The notes below the pieces were generated by a model. That model was given only the letters and a program-made list of their open reading frames with translations. It did not search any database and was not told the origin of the DNA. The translations under genes and the position numbers were made by a program. A stretch of 64,000 nt of DNA from assembly GCA_900753245.1 (NCBI GenBank), contig CAADYJ010000080.1, forward strand, positions 3,228 through 67,227, in the 5' to 3' direction. Positions 61,461 through 64,000 of the stretch are shown one piece after another. How positions within the stretch are numbered: the first letter of the stretch is position 1; every line of letters begins with the position of its first letter. Source of the stretch: Clostridia bacterium (GTDB lineage Bacteria > Bacillota > Clostridia > TANB77 > CAG-508).

Positions 61461-62492
61461 CTAACGTCTTTTTCTTGAGTTTATTAATACCGTTTTTAGT
61501 TTTTCTAAATCTTCTATTGTTTTTTCTGTACCCTTTACAACACAATCTAAAGGATTTTCTGCTATAAATACAGGCATTCCTGTTTTTAAGCTTAACAATT
61601 TATCTAAGTTTTGAATTAATGCTCCTCCACCTGCTAGTACTATTCCTTTTTCCATTATGTCTGAAGCAAGTTCTGGTGGTGTTTTTTCTAATGTTTGTTT
61701 TACACTTTCTACTATTTCCATTACAGATTCTTGCATTGCTTCTTGTATTTGTGATGAATAAATTATTATGTTTTTTGGAAGTCCTGATGATAAATCTCTT
61801 CCTCTTATTTCCATTGACATATCTGTCATTAAAGGAAGTGCACAACCTATTTGCATTTTTATTTGCTCTGCTGTTGTTTCTCCTATAGCTAAATTCATTT
61901 CTCTTTTTATATAATTTACTATATCTTCGTCTAATTCATCTCCTGCTACTCTTATAGAATTGCTTACAACAATTCCTCCTAAAGAAATAACTGCAACTTC
62001 TGTTGTTCCCCCTCCAATATCTACAACTATGCTTCCACTTGGTTCTGCAACATCTAAGTTTGCGCCTATTGCTGCTGCCATAGGTTCTTCTATTAGATAT
62101 ACTTCTTTTGCTCCTGCTTGTAAAACAGATTCTTCTACTGCTCTTTCTTCCACTTCTGTTATTCCAGATGGAACTCCTACTACTACTCTTGGTCTTATTA
62201 CATTATAGCGTTGGCATACTTTTGAAATTAAATTTTTAAGCATTAGCTGTGTTGCTGTAAAATCTGCTATAACACCATCTTTTAATGGTCTTACAGCTTT
62301 TATTTGCTCTGGTGTTCTTCCTAACATGTCTTTTGCTTCATGACCTGTAGCTAAAATTGCTCCTGTTTTTCTATCTATGGCTACTACAGATGGTTCTTTT
62401 AAGACTATTCCCTTTCCTCTTAGGGTTACTAATGTATTAGCTGTTCCCAAGTCTATTCCTATATCTTTACTTTTTAGTGAAAATAATTTCAT
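61461..62492 (-). CDS. mreB: rod shape-determining actin homologue MreB
   Basis: GIDLGTANTLV phosphate-1 motif and DIGGGTTEVAV phosphate-2 motif. Confidence 0.9.
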   Translation of the reverse strand: MKLFSLKSKDIGIDLGTANTLVTLRGKGIVLKEPSVVAIDRKTGAILATGHEAKDMLGRTPEQIKAVRPLKDGVIADFTATQLMLKNLISKVCQRYNVIRPRVVVGVPSGITEVEERAVEESVLQAGAKEVYLIEEPMAAAIGANLDVAEPSGSIVVDIGGGTTEVAVISLGGIVVSNSIRVAGDELDEDIVNYIKREMNLAIGETTAEQIKMQIGCALPLMTDMSMEIRGRDLSSGLPKNIIIYSSQIQEAMQESVMEIVESVKQTLEKTPPELASDIMEKGIVLAGGGALIQNLDKLLSLKTGMPVFIAENPLDCVVKGTEKTIEDLEKLKTVLINSRKRR

Positions 62493-62522
62493 TTTTTGTA
62501 TTCCTTTCTTTTTTCATTGCTT

Positions 62523-63209
62523 TTATTTTTGACTTTTGTATTTTCTTATACTTGTATATTTTCCATCTCCTATTATAATGTGATCTAAAAATTGTATATT
62601 TAGTAAATTTGCTACTTGTTCCATTTTGTTTGTTAAATTTATATCTGCTATAGATGGTGTTGCTTCTCCACTTGGATGGTTATGTACTAGTATTATCTTT
62701 GGCATGTCCATTTTTATTGCTTCTTGGAATACTTCTCTTGTTTCTACTGTTGCTGATGAATTTGTTCCTTTACTTATTTCAACTATTTTTTGTACTATAT
62801 TTTTGTTATTTAAAATAATTACTTTTACTATTTCTCTTTTTTCATATCTTAATTCATCCATTAGTAAATTTGAAACATCTTCTGGAGTTTTTATTGTTAC
62901 ATTTAAATTTAATGGTTTAGACATTCTTTTAGCAAGTTCACATACTGCTTTTATTTGAATTGCCTTTACTCTTCCTACTCCTTTAATTTCTTTTAATTCT
63001 TCTATCGATAATTCCTGAAGAAACCTTAAGTTGTTATCTTTTACTCTTGCTTTGCTAAGTATTTTTTGTGCTAACGCTACTGATGTTTCTTCTTTTGTTC
63101 CAGTTTTTATTATTATAGCCAATAATTCAGAATTAGATAATATTTTTTCTCCATACATTTCTAATTTTTCGTAGGGTCTTTCTGAATTTGGTAATTCTTT
63201 AATTTTCAT
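62523..63209 (-). CDS. radC: RadC-family JAB-domain protein
   Basis: HhH N-terminus and JAMM motif LVHNHPSGEATPSIADINLT. Confidence 0.85.
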   Translation of the reverse strand: MKIKELPNSERPYEKLEMYGEKILSNSELLAIIIKTGTKEETSVALAQKILSKARVKDNNLRFLQELSIEELKEIKGVGRVKAIQIKAVCELAKRMSKPLNLNVTIKTPEDVSNLLMDELRYEKREIVKVIILNNKNIVQKIVEISKGTNSSATVETREVFQEAIKMDMPKIILVHNHPSGEATPSIADINLTNKMEQVANLLNIQFLDHIIIGDGKYTSIRKYKSQK

Positions 63210-63252
63210 TTATTGCTTGATTCCTTCCTCAAGCCCCTTTTTATAAATTAAA

Positions 63253-63510
63253 CTACACTTTTCTATATATTAAAATTGCTATAATTACCCCTATTATACT
63301 TGCTATATTTATTTTTAGCATTAGTCCAAATGTAAGTTGTATAATATTTAAATCTAATTGAATTGGTGTTGAAAATCCAAAACTTTGTCCATATGATAGC
63401 CACCATAAGAAGTCAATGTTTTGTGCTAGTTGTCCTATTAAACCTCCTATTACTAAACCTGCTAATATAAATACTAATAAAATCCATATATTTTTTTCTC
63501 TTGTTGCCAT
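63253..63510 (-). CDS. small membrane protein (DUF4321-like)
   Basis: 85 aa, two TM helices. This family often sits beside radC/mreB in Firmicutes. Family assignment from memory. Confidence 0.4.
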   Translation of the reverse strand: MATREKNIWILLVFILAGLVIGGLIGQLAQNIDFLWWLSYGQSFGFSTPIQLDLNIIQLTFGLMLKINIASIIGVIIAILIYRKV

Positions 63511-63778
63511 ATTTTTTCCTTCCCTTCTCTTCCTTACGGAAATGTAATTTTCTTTTGTTTTTTCACCGCTCTTATTATATCTTCATTTTATGTTTTTTTC
63601 AAGTAAAAAATAAAGAAAATTTTTCCATTTTATCTTTTATTTTTTTATTTACTATGTTATATTTATTAGTACCTTTTAAATAACTGCTTCATACTATATA
63701 ATAATTACCATTTATTTCTCGTTTTCTTTTAGTATAATGCATGTTATAATATACTTATAAACTGTTAGGAGGTTATTC

Positions 63779-64000
63779 ATGAAAATAGAAAAATTAAGTG
63801 AAAATAAAATACGAGTTACATTAAGCCATCAAGATTTGGTCCAAAAGAATATTGATTCACATTCTTTTATGGCTAATTCTATTGATTCACAAGACTTAGT
63901 TTTTGATGTTTTAGATGAAGCAGAAAAAGAAATTGGTTTTGTTACTAAAAATTATCAAATAAAAATAGAAGCTATTGCTATTGCTGATGGAGATTTTATT
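63779..64000 (+). CDS. mecA: adaptor protein MecA, N-terminal 74 codons. The gene runs off the window end
   Basis: AGGAGG RBS, then MKIEKLSENKIRVTLSHQDL...VFDVLDEAEKEIGF. This matches the MecA N-terminal pattern (M-IE-..-.T.....S..D.....V.DE..EE..F). Not in the ORF track because there is no stop codon inside the window. Confidence 0.55.
   Translation, partial: MKIEKLSENKIRVTLSHQDLVQKNIDSHSFMANSIDSQDLVFDVLDEAEKEIGFVTKNYQIKIEAIAIADGDFI

Noticed and set aside
1-64000. CRISPR arrays and tRNA/rRNA genes
   Set aside because: No regularly spaced direct repeats of 25-40 nt and no cloverleaf-compatible GC-rich islands were seen in any intergenic gap. All gaps over 150 nt are AT-rich promoter or terminator regions.

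Overview
This is a very AT-rich chromosomal segment, roughly a quarter to 30% G+C by eye, with no BLAST or HMM checks possible. The gene content points to a low-GC Firmicutes organism, Clostridia-like, and the presence of spoIIE implies a spore-former. Almost everything is on the minus strand. The housekeeping backbone is ftsH(5' part)-tilS-dnaB-rplI-gdpP, an MtaD-like amidohydrolase, and an isolated rpoB-rpoC pair with a frameshifted Rpn-family nuclease gene just downstream. After that come a two-component system, a YdjH/YdjI-like SPFH pair, an AI-2E transporter, exonuclease III, yabE-like/tatD/acpS, two uncharacterised membrane-anchored proteins, spoIIE, and, at the 3' end of the window, mecA(partial)/radC-mreBCD-PBP2-minC. 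The standout feature is a ~22.7 kb island at 33.6-56.3 kb made of two paralogous two-gene operons (A1-B1 and A2-B2). Each encodes a pair of giant (1559-2098 aa) secreted proteins built from Cna-B/SdrD-B-like, DUF11-like and isopeptide-pilin-like repeats. Their C-termini look like sortase sorting signals but carry two different non-canonical pentapeptides ([TS][VI]KTG-E and LPPFG), and no sortase gene lies in the window. The two operons are separated by an intact Rpn-family PD-(D/E)XK nuclease gene that carries a 12-nt coding microsatellite, (GIEQ)n. The island sits exactly where minD/minE would be expected after minC. No tRNA, rRNA, CRISPR array or classical IS/prophage was seen.
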